Source of the DNA: an uncultured Veillonella sp.
GTDB lineage: Bacteria; Bacillota; Negativicutes; Veillonellales; Veillonellaceae
Length of the DNA: 64,000 nt
Assembly: GCA_900556785.1 (NCBI GenBank)
Contig: USQK01000001.1
Coordinates: 2,415-66,414, forward strand
Direction: 5' to 3'
Shown: positions 23,213 to 31,767 of the stretch, in pieces
Layout of the letters: every line of letters begins with the position of its first letter
Position numbering within the stretch: the stretch's first letter is position 1
The notes under the pieces: model-generated
What the model saw: the letters and a program-made list of their open reading frames with translations, nothing else
Databases searched by the model: none
Told to the model about the DNA's origin: nothing
Translations under genes and position numbers: made by a program

Positions 23213-23632
23213 ATGGCAGATACAGTTGAGAAAACCTATACAGACTGGTCAATTGATGTAGGTGACTATAAGTATGAAGGGATTACCTTGAATGAGGTTG
23301 AGCAAAATCTCTACGCTATTGAGGATCAAGAACAGGATTTTGTAGTTATATCACCATCAAATGCAATTCCGATAGATAATAAAATGTATAACTTTGTGCA
23401 AGTTTGTAGTGATCAAGATACCGATTTATTACATATAGAGCTTAGTGTAACTAATGATGGTGAGCAGGGCGCTATCATATACGGTAAAAATGAGCTAGGC
23501 CCTCAAGAGGTATTCCAGATTATAGAAGAATTTATTGCACATCATAAGGCTCCATCATTAGATGATTGGGAAGTCGTACTAGATTTAAGACCGAAGATGG
23601 AAAGCTATATAAAAGGAACAAAAAATGACTAA
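23213..23632 (+). CDS. Hypothetical acidic protein (immunity-like)
   Basis: GAGGAG RBS, 139 aa, D/E-rich, inside the immunity-like cluster. Confidence 0.7.
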   Translation: MADTVEKTYTDWSIDVGDYKYEGITLNEVEQNLYAIEDQEQDFVVISPSNAIPIDNKMYNFVQVCSDQDTDLLHIELSVTNDGEQGAIIYGKNELGPQEVFQIIEEFIAHHKAPSLDDWEVVLDLRPKMESYIKGTKND

Positions 23633-23984
23633 TCCTGCAATATATGATGAACAGTTAAGGCAATATACCATATCCTACGAAGGAATACATTTTTGCTGGG
23701 ATGAGAAACCAACAGATGCTAATTTAGATACGGCAAAGCTATTAGCTGTTAATTACCATAAGAATATAGATGCAATTGTAACTTTCATTTATAACGAAAT
23801 ACGAGATTGGTATGGTGATGTAACTATTGATGAAGTGAAAACACGCATTGGTATGCCTGTTATTGAACCAGAACGTGATGCTGTGACCTATTGCGAGCAA
23901 ACCTTTGATGATACTCATATCTTTTCTTTTACATTTTGGGATGATGAATTCAAAGATTTACATTATTTTGCCATAGATGGATGA
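23625..23984 (+). CDS. Hypothetical acidic protein (immunity-like)
   Basis: AAAGGA RBS, overlaps the upstream stop, 119 aa. Confidence 0.7.
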   Translation: MTNPAIYDEQLRQYTISYEGIHFCWDEKPTDANLDTAKLLAVNYHKNIDAIVTFIYNEIRDWYGDVTIDEVKTRIGMPVIEPERDAVTYCEQTFDDTHIFSFTFWDDEFKDLHYFAIDG

Positions 23985-24031
23985 GATATTTTCCATGATT
24001 TTGCTAGCATGACTTATGTGTGGAGTCTATT

Positions 24032-24490
24032 ATGTTATATACACCTAATAACATTTTGTATAAGTATATTCGCTATCGATTTAGACGCATTCAGATTCAG
24101 TGCAATATGTTATATGATATAGCACCGGAGGAAGAAGATGAGATTTGTCGTAATCTATTAAAAAAGAGGGCGAAGATATTAATTCCCGTTGGCATATTAT
24201 ATTTTTTGCTTTTTGGGGTTATTTTCGCTTGGCTAGTAGGAACAAGTGAGGAATTAAATCCGTTAATGCAATGGGAATTAAGTGTGATAGACTATGTGAT
24301 ACCCATTTTAAATACCATAGATATTAAGTGGTATGCATATCCTCTGGATCTATTATGGGTAGCAATTATATTAGCGCCTATAGCGATTATAAATGCATCT
24401 CCTTATATCATTATTTCCTATATTGTAGATACTATTTTGATACGACATGAGGTAAAAGCTTTAATCAAAACTTATTCTATAAATGAGTAA
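24032..24490 (+). CDS. Hypothetical membrane protein (two TM segments)
   Basis: Two hydrophobic segments; GGAG RBS before ATG 24032. Confidence 0.7.
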   Translation: MLYTPNNILYKYIRYRFRRIQIQCNMLYDIAPEEEDEICRNLLKKRAKILIPVGILYFLLFGVIFAWLVGTSEELNPLMQWELSVIDYVIPILNTIDIKWYAYPLDLLWVAIILAPIAIINASPYIIISYIVDTILIRHEVKALIKTYSINE

Positions 24491-24533
24491 TTAAGAATTT
24501 AGATTATATCGGTTTAAACTAGGAGAGGGTATT

Positions 24534-26045
24534 ATGAGTAATCTGAAAGACTTTGATTGGACTGGATTTTGGAACGATGTTGACTATGCATTTGAATCCT
24601 ATATTGGTAAACCGGTTACTGATAAGGATATTAAAGCAGCTGAAGCAGAATTAGGTTATACATTGCCTGCTGCATATATTGAGCTACTTAAAAACCATAA
24701 TGGTGGTGTAGTAAAGAAAAATTGTTTTATTAATGATGATGACGATTGTGTATATATAACAGGAATATATGGCATCGATAGAGATAAAAAATACTCTCTT
24801 TTAGGTGAGATGGGAAATAAGTTTTGGATTTCAAAAGTAAAATATCCCCCTATCGGTGTCGTTGTAGCTGATACGATTTCCGGTGGTCACGACATGATTT
24901 TCCTCGATTATCGTGAGTGCGGTCCTACCGGTGAGCCTAAGGTTGTACGAGTAGATCAAGAAGGTGATTACTCAATTACTCCCTTAGCAGATAACTTTGG
25001 TGACTTTATTAAGAACTTATATATCAGTATAGAAGATATTACGGATGAAGAGTTTCAAGAATTAAGTGATGCGGATAAGGTTAAGCTCCTTAATGAACAA
25101 GAGGACTTAGACATTGATCGTGCTATGGAGCTATTAACTAACATAGGCATCGATAATTTGTCACCTATACTATTAAGCACCTTAGGACGTATGTATAACA
25201 ATAATGGCCGCGCAGCAGAGGCTATTGATTTATTTAATCGTATTGATGAGGCATATCGCGATTGGTCTTGGTATTATCGTTGTGGCTATGCTCATGCATT
25301 TTTGGGATGTGGTGAAAGCTACGAATCTGAACATGTGCAGCAAGCATTACAGTTAATAGAAGCAGGTATGAAAATGGCGAAAGAGTCCCATTTAGATAAA
25401 CAGCTGGGCTGGTGTTGCGAAGTTGTAAAATACTTATTAACTCAAATCAAGCCAAAAGATTACAAGGAGGATTACCCTGTGATTTTTGATACCATTAAGA
25501 ATCTATTTGATAAGAAAAATAGTAAAATTACTACAGAAGGTAAAGCTACTGGAGACATTAATGAACGCGAAGAGGATAACTATCCTACATATGATGTAGT
25601 GCATTGGGTATTTAATAAGCAAACATATAGCAGAGAAGAGTTTACCAAAGAATACAATGAAAATGTAAAGAAATATGTAGATAATGAAGCAGATGACGAC
25701 GATAGATTAGAAGAACCTGAAATTCTAGTAACCTATGAAGCTTGGATTGAAAGTGAAGACCAACTTTTTAATAATGAACGTGTTACCGATGAAGAATTGC
25801 TGGAAGAAGATAAAGAAGATGGCATGTGGCAAGTAGAAATTATGGCTCATCTTGTAGCGGATAATGGTACATATTTTACTAGAGAAGAATTACTTTTTAA
25901 ATTACACAATTTAATGGCCAATAAAGAATTAGGAGATCACGTATTCTTTGAAGGTATTGAATACGAAGGTCATGAATGTGAAGGGTACGGACTTATAGAT
26001 AATGAAGATGGTATACCTGTATTCTTTATTGTTTGTGGTAGCTAG
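24534..26045 (+). CDS. SMI1/KNR4 (SUKH) domain + TPR-like + acidic C-terminal domain protein
   Basis: IKAAEAELGYTLPAAYIELLKNHNGG, GHDMIFLDYR, LADNFGDFI; TPR-like LGRMYNN..W.YRCGYA. Confidence 0.88.
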   Translation: MSNLKDFDWTGFWNDVDYAFESYIGKPVTDKDIKAAEAELGYTLPAAYIELLKNHNGGVVKKNCFINDDDDCVYITGIYGIDRDKKYSLLGEMGNKFWISKVKYPPIGVVVADTISGGHDMIFLDYRECGPTGEPKVVRVDQEGDYSITPLADNFGDFIKNLYISIEDITDEEFQELSDADKVKLLNEQEDLDIDRAMELLTNIGIDNLSPILLSTLGRMYNNNGRAAEAIDLFNRIDEAYRDWSWYYRCGYAHAFLGCGESYESEHVQQALQLIEAGMKMAKESHLDKQLGWCCEVVKYLLTQIKPKDYKEDYPVIFDTIKNLFDKKNSKITTEGKATGDINEREEDNYPTYDVVHWVFNKQTYSREEFTKEYNENVKKYVDNEADDDDRLEEPEILVTYEAWIESEDQLFNNERVTDEELLEEDKEDGMWQVEIMAHLVADNGTYFTREELLFKLHNLMANKELGDHVFFEGIEYEGHECEGYGLIDNEDGIPVFFIVCGS

Positions 26046-26078
26046 TTAGTATAGAACATTATAAGACAATAATAGATT

Positions 26079-26105
26079 AGCCCTTCGCTATGCGAGGGGC
26101 TTTTA
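26079..26105 (+). terminator. Intrinsic terminator
   Basis: AGCCCTTCGC-TAT-GCGAGGGGCT followed by TTTT. Confidence 0.85.
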
Positions 26106-26241
26106 CTATATACGTAGAAATTATATACTTTTGTGCTTCGGGCTACGTTATTTTATAGGGGATTAATGTAGAATATTGAGAAATATGTTAGGTATAATAA
26201 AATCAAAGCATTGTTTAAAAGATTACAAGGAGGATTATATT

Positions 26242-26820
26242 ATGATTTTTGATATGATCAAAAACCTTTTTAACAAAAATGAGAACACGGAAAAGATTGA
26301 ATATCTTGGTGTTGATAAAGATGGTAATAAAATATATGAAGGTTATTATCATGAGTTTAAGGGAATTCCTTGGGGTTTCAATAAAACTACCTATACTAGA
26401 GAAGAGTTTGTTAAGGAGTTTTATACATGCTTAGAAGAGCATAAAGTTAATCCTGATAATTTACCACCATTAGTAGAGCCTGAAATTTTTGTAAGCTATG
26501 AAGCTTGGATTGAAAGCAAAAGTCAGCTCCACCCTAATGAACATTTATACGAGGTAGACGAATTACTAGAAGACGATAAAGAAGATGATATGTGGCAAGT
26601 TGAAATCTATGCTCGCCTTAAAGCAGATAATGGGCAGTACTTTACTACTGAAGAGCTTCTTTTCAAGATACATAACTTAATGGCCAATAAAGAGCTCGGT
26701 GATCATGTATTCTTTGAAAATCTAGCCTATGATGATCACGAGTTTGAAGCTGACGATGCCGAAGATGTCGACGATGATGATGAAGGTACTCCTGTATTTG
26801 TTGTATGGCTCGGTAGCTAG
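26242..26820 (+). CDS. Stand-alone paralog of the C-terminal domain of 24534-26045
   Basis: Shares EPEI.V.YEAWIES, DKED.MWQVEI, ADNG.YFT.EELLFK.HNLMANKELGDHVFFE; AAGGAGG RBS at 26227 places the start at ATG 26242. Confidence 0.85.
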   Translation: MIFDMIKNLFNKNENTEKIEYLGVDKDGNKIYEGYYHEFKGIPWGFNKTTYTREEFVKEFYTCLEEHKVNPDNLPPLVEPEIFVSYEAWIESKSQLHPNEHLYEVDELLEDDKEDDMWQVEIYARLKADNGQYFTTEELLFKIHNLMANKELGDHVFFENLAYDDHEFEADDAEDVDDDDEGTPVFVVWLGS

Positions 26821-26945
26821 TTCAATAGCTGTTTTCTCATAAACTATTATTTTAAAATCTGTACCCCATAGTTTTGTGTTGTTTGTTATAATTATCTTAA
26901 GATGATTTCATATACATATTGATGCTATGAGGGGACGTGTATTGT

Positions 26946-27968
26946 ATGTCTTTAAGTGTTGAACAGTTTTTATCTTTGTCTGATGCTGAACAGTTGCAAA
27001 CTATTAAAGATCTTAATGATATCGGACAAGAGGAAATTATTATTGATGTTTTAACGGGGGTTGGCATTGATAACTTATCTGTACCTTTATTAGGCGAGCT
27101 TGGTAGAGCTTATAACAATAACGATAAACCGGAAGAAGCTATTAAAGTATTTAAGACCATTGATAAAGAACATAGAGATGCAGTGTGGCATTATCGTTGT
27201 GCTTACTCTTATGGATCTATTGCTTCTACTAATCATGAGGCTTATACATCAGAGAACATGCAACAGATGTTAGCTTTAGTAGATAACGGTGTACAATTAG
27301 CTACTAAGGAAGGTCGGAATGATATAAGGGAATACTGCTTTGAAATCATGGATATGTGCCGTTTACAAATGGACTTTGAACAATGCGAAGTTGACTATCC
27401 TGATTTATGCTCTGCCTATAGCAAATATATAGCAGAGAAAAAGAAGAAAAGAGAAGGTGTACCTCGTCATCGCACTATCACTGTTGAAGAGATACAAGCT
27501 ACAGACGATATGTGGACCATTAATGAGCCCATGTACTGGACTATCAATATTTATGGTTCGTATGATAACTATTTAGAATCTGCAAAAGGTTTCACCGTAG
27601 AGCAAAGATATCTTAACGCTATATGCTGGTATTTCGCTGAGGTTAATAATGGTGGGCATCATCAGTTCTTCTATAACTCTACGGGGATTGTATGGGAGGA
27701 TGCTCTAGCTGGCTTACGCCTCTTCAAGATGGATATATTAGCAGATAATTTACAATCTGTAATCGATTACTTTGGTGGGTCCATTCCATTTGATAGGGAA
27801 GAACGATGGACCATTTTGAAAGACTGGGAAAATGAAGAGGAGTTGTTCGATTTTCTCGATAAAAAAGATGATGTAGTCTATGAATATGAAGGCATCTTTG
27901 AAGATGTATTTGTACATGAACATCCTGAATTATTTGTATTTGATGGAACCTATACAGTCTCAGAATAA
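26946..27968 (+). CDS. TPR-like + DUF4375/DMP19-like domain protein
   Basis: N-terminal half similar to the TPR region of the SMI1 gene; C-terminal EVNNGGHHQFFYNSTG motif; start may be GTG 26937. Confidence 0.8.
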   Translation: MSLSVEQFLSLSDAEQLQTIKDLNDIGQEEIIIDVLTGVGIDNLSVPLLGELGRAYNNNDKPEEAIKVFKTIDKEHRDAVWHYRCAYSYGSIASTNHEAYTSENMQQMLALVDNGVQLATKEGRNDIREYCFEIMDMCRLQMDFEQCEVDYPDLCSAYSKYIAEKKKKREGVPRHRTITVEEIQATDDMWTINEPMYWTINIYGSYDNYLESAKGFTVEQRYLNAICWYFAEVNNGGHHQFFYNSTGIVWEDALAGLRLFKMDILADNLQSVIDYFGGSIPFDREERWTILKDWENEEELFDFLDKKDDVVYEYEGIFEDVFVHEHPELFVFDGTYTVSE

Positions 27969-28046
27969 GATTGGTGTATAATTAACACATATATAGTTGC
28001 TTTCACTATGATGTTTACTTTCACCAAATTATATTAGAGGTATTAC

Positions 28047-28532
28047 ATGTTAGACAAACAAGGCGTATATGATTGCCTACGTGACCATCATATCAATTTT
28101 GAAATTACGGATCACGCACCGCTATTTAGTATGGACGATAAGCCCGATGTAGAGTTGCCATATCCTGAGTGGGATGCGAAGAATTTATTCATTCGAGACC
28201 ATAAACGGGAACATTATTATTTGATTACCGTTCGTGGTTCTAAGCGTGTGGATCTAAAACAGTTCCGTAAAGATCATAAGCTTAAAAAGATTTCCTTTGG
28301 TTCTGAAGAAGAGCTATGGGATATTTTGAAGATTAAACCAGGTCACGTATCTCCATTTTGTTTGCTCCACGATGAAGAGTGTAAGGTACATTATTATATT
28401 GATGCGGATTATAAAGATAATCTAATCGGTATTCACCCAAATCAAAATGATGCTACCGTATGGCTACAGGGAAAAGATTTAGTAAACTTAATTGAAGAAC
28501 ATGGTACAATAGTAGAATATATTACATTGTAA
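28047..28532 (+). CDS. YbaK/ProX-family aminoacyl-tRNA editing (prolyl-tRNA synthetase-associated) protein
   Basis: KNLFIRD, PGHVSPFCL, HPNQNDAT motifs. Confidence 0.88.
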   Translation: MLDKQGVYDCLRDHHINFEITDHAPLFSMDDKPDVELPYPEWDAKNLFIRDHKREHYYLITVRGSKRVDLKQFRKDHKLKKISFGSEEELWDILKIKPGHVSPFCLLHDEECKVHYYIDADYKDNLIGIHPNQNDATVWLQGKDLVNLIEEHGTIVEYITL

Positions 28533-28553
28533 TTTAGTCGAATCGGAGCATGT

Positions 28554-29321
28554 ATGAATAGAAAATTATTAAAACGTATTCTTGTAACATCTGCTATTGC
28601 AGTATTAGGTGTGAGCACGTCCTTTGCGGCACTTGTTATGGAACGTGATGAAGGTTTAGACACAGCACCTAGTGTAGGTATGTATCGCTTCCAAGTTCCT
28701 GAGGAATTACAAGGTGCATATAATAGTGCAGGCGTCGCCAATCTAACAGCATCTATGGAGAAAGAGCCTAACACATTATCTATGAATGTAGCGCATGTAA
28801 AGGGAAATCCATCTGAGTCTTATGTAGTAGAAATCTATAAAGATTTGGCGGCCATTGAAGCGCATCGTAAATCTGATCAGTATCAAAACTTTGTTAATGA
28901 AGTAGGTTCTAAATTAACAAATCGTAAAATGTACGACGTACAGTCTGTGCTATTGTTTGAAAAGAAAGATGCATTATCTATTGTCAATGATGGTAAAGCA
29001 GTAGTGACATTAACAGAGTTTACTGTTAATAGCAATGATATCGATACAGTACAACGTCAATATCAACTAGATATAGAACGTGCTGTTCGAGACGATGCTG
29101 GCTATAAGGCCGGTTATGTGCTTCGTGAAAGAAATGCAAAAAATCATTGGTATGTCATTCAAATTTATAGTGATCAAGAAGCCTTAACAAAACATCTAAA
29201 TAGTCCTGGTTATCGCTTTATGATGAGCCAAATCCAAGGTAGTCTACAAAACGTTATCACAAAGGTACTAGATGGGGATGTCCTTGTCAACCATGGGGGA
29301 CAAGCGTTTGTAAGACCTTAA
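28554..29321 (+). CDS. Exported protein with two antibiotic-biosynthesis-monooxygenase-like domains
   Basis: Signal peptide; two repeats of E/QIY.D..A...H..S..Y. Confidence 0.75.
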   Translation: MNRKLLKRILVTSAIAVLGVSTSFAALVMERDEGLDTAPSVGMYRFQVPEELQGAYNSAGVANLTASMEKEPNTLSMNVAHVKGNPSESYVVEIYKDLAAIEAHRKSDQYQNFVNEVGSKLTNRKMYDVQSVLLFEKKDALSIVNDGKAVVTLTEFTVNSNDIDTVQRQYQLDIERAVRDDAGYKAGYVLRERNAKNHWYVIQIYSDQEALTKHLNSPGYRFMMSQIQGSLQNVITKVLDGDVLVNHGGQAFVRP

Positions 29322-29361
29322 AACTGAATATAATATAGTATAATATAATCACAGTAAAGTT

Positions 29362-29396
29362 ACTGCTAGCATATAAAAATGTGCTAGCAGTTTTTT
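29362..29396 (+). terminator. Intrinsic terminator
   Basis: ACTGCTAGCA...TGCTAGCAGT followed by a T run. Confidence 0.8.
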
Positions 29397-29442
29397 GTTA
29401 TATAATAGGTGAAAGTATAGTCTATACTAAAAGGAGTTACAT

Positions 29443-30222
29443 ATGACACAGCAAGAACGGTTACGCTATTTGGTTGAAGGCTTAGTAGCAGAATACAATG
29501 AGAAGCATAACGAACATATAGAGATCCCTATGAATGAAGAAGAGCAATTTACTCTCTTTCGATCTTTATGTAATATTCGTCCTGCTGGTGGAATGCCTCT
29601 TGAATGGATGAAGATAGAGGATGAATATTTAAATATAATGGCCCATGAGAAGGGAATCGTATTCATTAATGATATGGAGGAGCGAGAGACTCAGATTTAT
29701 CTGTGGCAAGGAGACATTACTCGATTATCTGTAGACGCTATTGTAAATGCAGCCAATAATAAATTGCTCGGATGTTTTGCTCCAAATCATAAGTGTATCG
29801 ATAATGAAATTCATACCTTTGCTGGTATAGAGCTTCGCATGGAATGTGCTAGAATGACTGAGTATATGGAGATGCCTGAAAAAACGGGTGTGGCTCGTAT
29901 GACCTATGGGTATAATTTACCCGCAAAGCATGTAATTCACACGGTGGGACCTATTATTTATGATGAGGTAACAGATAAGGAAAGAAATGAACTAGCTTCG
30001 TGTTATCGATCCTGTTTACAACTAGCCAATGCTTATAACTTACACTCTATTGCATTCTGTTGTATTTCTACTGGTGAGTTTAGATTCCCTAATGAAGAAG
30101 CAGCACAGATTGCCATAGATACGGTACGAACCTATTTAAAAGAAACAAATAGTAAAATACAAGTGGTATTTAATGTATTTAAGGATATAGATTATGACAT
30201 CTACAATAAATTATTGGGATAA
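29443..30222 (+). CDS. Macrodomain protein-ADP-ribose hydrolase (Zn-macro type)
   Basis: GDIT, AIVNAAN, GCFAPNHKCID, VIHTVGP, CISTGEFRFP. Confidence 0.92.
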   Translation: MTQQERLRYLVEGLVAEYNEKHNEHIEIPMNEEEQFTLFRSLCNIRPAGGMPLEWMKIEDEYLNIMAHEKGIVFINDMEERETQIYLWQGDITRLSVDAIVNAANNKLLGCFAPNHKCIDNEIHTFAGIELRMECARMTEYMEMPEKTGVARMTYGYNLPAKHVIHTVGPIIYDEVTDKERNELASCYRSCLQLANAYNLHSIAFCCISTGEFRFPNEEAAQIAIDTVRTYLKETNSKIQVVFNVFKDIDYDIYNKLLG

Positions 30223-30324
30223 ATAATATACTCCTTTTGAAATTCATAAAAATACTGTATCATTTAATAATGATATATAAAAGGTTATGAATGATTTGTT
30301 TGTTTAAGAAGGAGATAATGTACT

Positions 30325-30822
30325 ATGAATTATAAATACACCTATGAAAGCCCATTAGGAACTATGATTATGCTTGGTACATTATCATACTTAACAGATT
30401 TGTTTTTTATCGATGAAGATCATGCACCAAGTTATGATGATGCAGAGTATATAGAGCAACTAACAGGTCCATTTGAGGTAACTATTATGTGGTTAGACCA
30501 ATATTTTAATGGTAAAAAGCCTTTTATTACACCTCCAATTCAGTTAGAAGGGACAGAGTTCCGTAAGTCTGTATGGTCTATATTACAAACCATACCTTAT
30601 GGTAACACTACAACATATGGAGCTATAGGTAAACAGATTGCACAGCAACAGGATAAAGAGAAATTCTCGGCTCAAGCTGTAGGCGGTGCAGTAGGGCATA
30701 ATCCTATTTCCATTATCATTCCATGCCATCGTGTGATTGGTAGTAATGGAAAATTAACTGGCTATGCTGGCGGTATTGAACGCAAGAAATACATGCTTGA
30801 TCTTGAAGCGAAACATAAATAG
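30325..30822 (+). CDS. ogt: Methylated-DNA--protein-cysteine methyltransferase
   Basis: IPYG.TTTYG, AVGGAVG.NP, IPCHRV active site. Confidence 0.93.
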   Translation: MNYKYTYESPLGTMIMLGTLSYLTDLFFIDEDHAPSYDDAEYIEQLTGPFEVTIMWLDQYFNGKKPFITPPIQLEGTEFRKSVWSILQTIPYGNTTTYGAIGKQIAQQQDKEKFSAQAVGGAVGHNPISIIIPCHRVIGSNGKLTGYAGGIERKKYMLDLEAKHK

Positions 30823-30872
30823 TACATATTAGATTGTAAAATCATATTCAAATAGACTTATAGAAAAAGAAG

Positions 30873-30919
30873 AAAGAGATTACTCATGATGGATAGACTC
30901 ATCATAGGTAATCTCTTTT
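30873..30919. terminator. Bidirectional terminator between ogt and the FAH gene
   Basis: AAAGAGATTAC..ATGATG / CATCAT..GTAATCTCTTT inverted repeat. Confidence 0.7.
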
Positions 30920-30936
30920 GGTATATATAGGTGGGA

Positions 30937-31602
30937 CTATTTAAATTGATTTACTAAGGTACCAATGCCACTAATCGATATAGATACGGTATCTCCTGAT
31001 TTTAACCAACCATATTTGCTTTCATTTTTACCAAGTACAACACCACTAGGTGTACCGGTAAAGATAATATCACCCTCTTGTAGTGTAATATACTGAGATA
31101 CAAACTCTATGATTGCATCTGGTGTAAATAACATTTGTTCTAATTTAGCTTGTTGACGCACTTCACCATTTACTGTTGTAGTAATAGTGGCATTGTCAAA
31201 ATCAAAATCATCTGAAGAAACAATAGTAGGACCGATAGGGGCAAAGTTATCTAGTGATTTGCCGAGAATCCATTGAGAGCCTCTAAATTGTAAGGCTCGA
31301 GCTGAAACATCATTTCCAATGGTATAGCCTAATATATGGTCTCTGGCCTGTTCACGAGATATATTTTTACCAGCCTTACCAATGACGATAATCAGTTCTC
31401 CTTCGTAATCATAATGAAGGTTTTCATCTTGAATGGGAACTATATCTTGATGTGATGCCAATGCATTAGATGTTTTCATAAAGATTTCTGGAAAATCATG
31501 TGTAGCAAGACTAGTTTCCTCTATATGGTCTGCATAGTTTAAACCGATACAGATAATGTTTTTGGGATTAGTAATTAGGGTACGGTTAGTAGATTCTTTC
31601 AT
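30937..31602 (-). CDS. Fumarylacetoacetate hydrolase family protein
   Basis: IGLNYADH, DYEGEL, NDVSAR, GDIIFTGTPSGV. Confidence 0.93.
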   Translation of the reverse strand: MKESTNRTLITNPKNIICIGLNYADHIEETSLATHDFPEIFMKTSNALASHQDIVPIQDENLHYDYEGELIIVIGKAGKNISREQARDHILGYTIGNDVSARALQFRGSQWILGKSLDNFAPIGPTIVSSDDFDFDNATITTTVNGEVRQQAKLEQMLFTPDAIIEFVSQYITLQEGDIIFTGTPSGVVLGKNESKYGWLKSGDTVSISISGIGTLVNQFK

Positions 31603-31767
31603 GAGAGATACCTCCTTAAGAGATGAGATACATATATTGTAAGTTAATTATAATATAAATCGGTAATCGGTATGTAATGAATATTTTTGACGAAATAATT
31701 ATATAGAGGCATTTTTGTCACATCCTGTTTAGTATACTTAAACAAAGTAATAAAAGGAGGAGTTCCT

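Noticed and set aside
26176..26241. TTG start given by the ORF track for the stand-alone domain gene
   Set aside because: A strong AAGGAGG RBS points to ATG 26242; the upstream part contains a TATAAT and looks like promoter/UTR.
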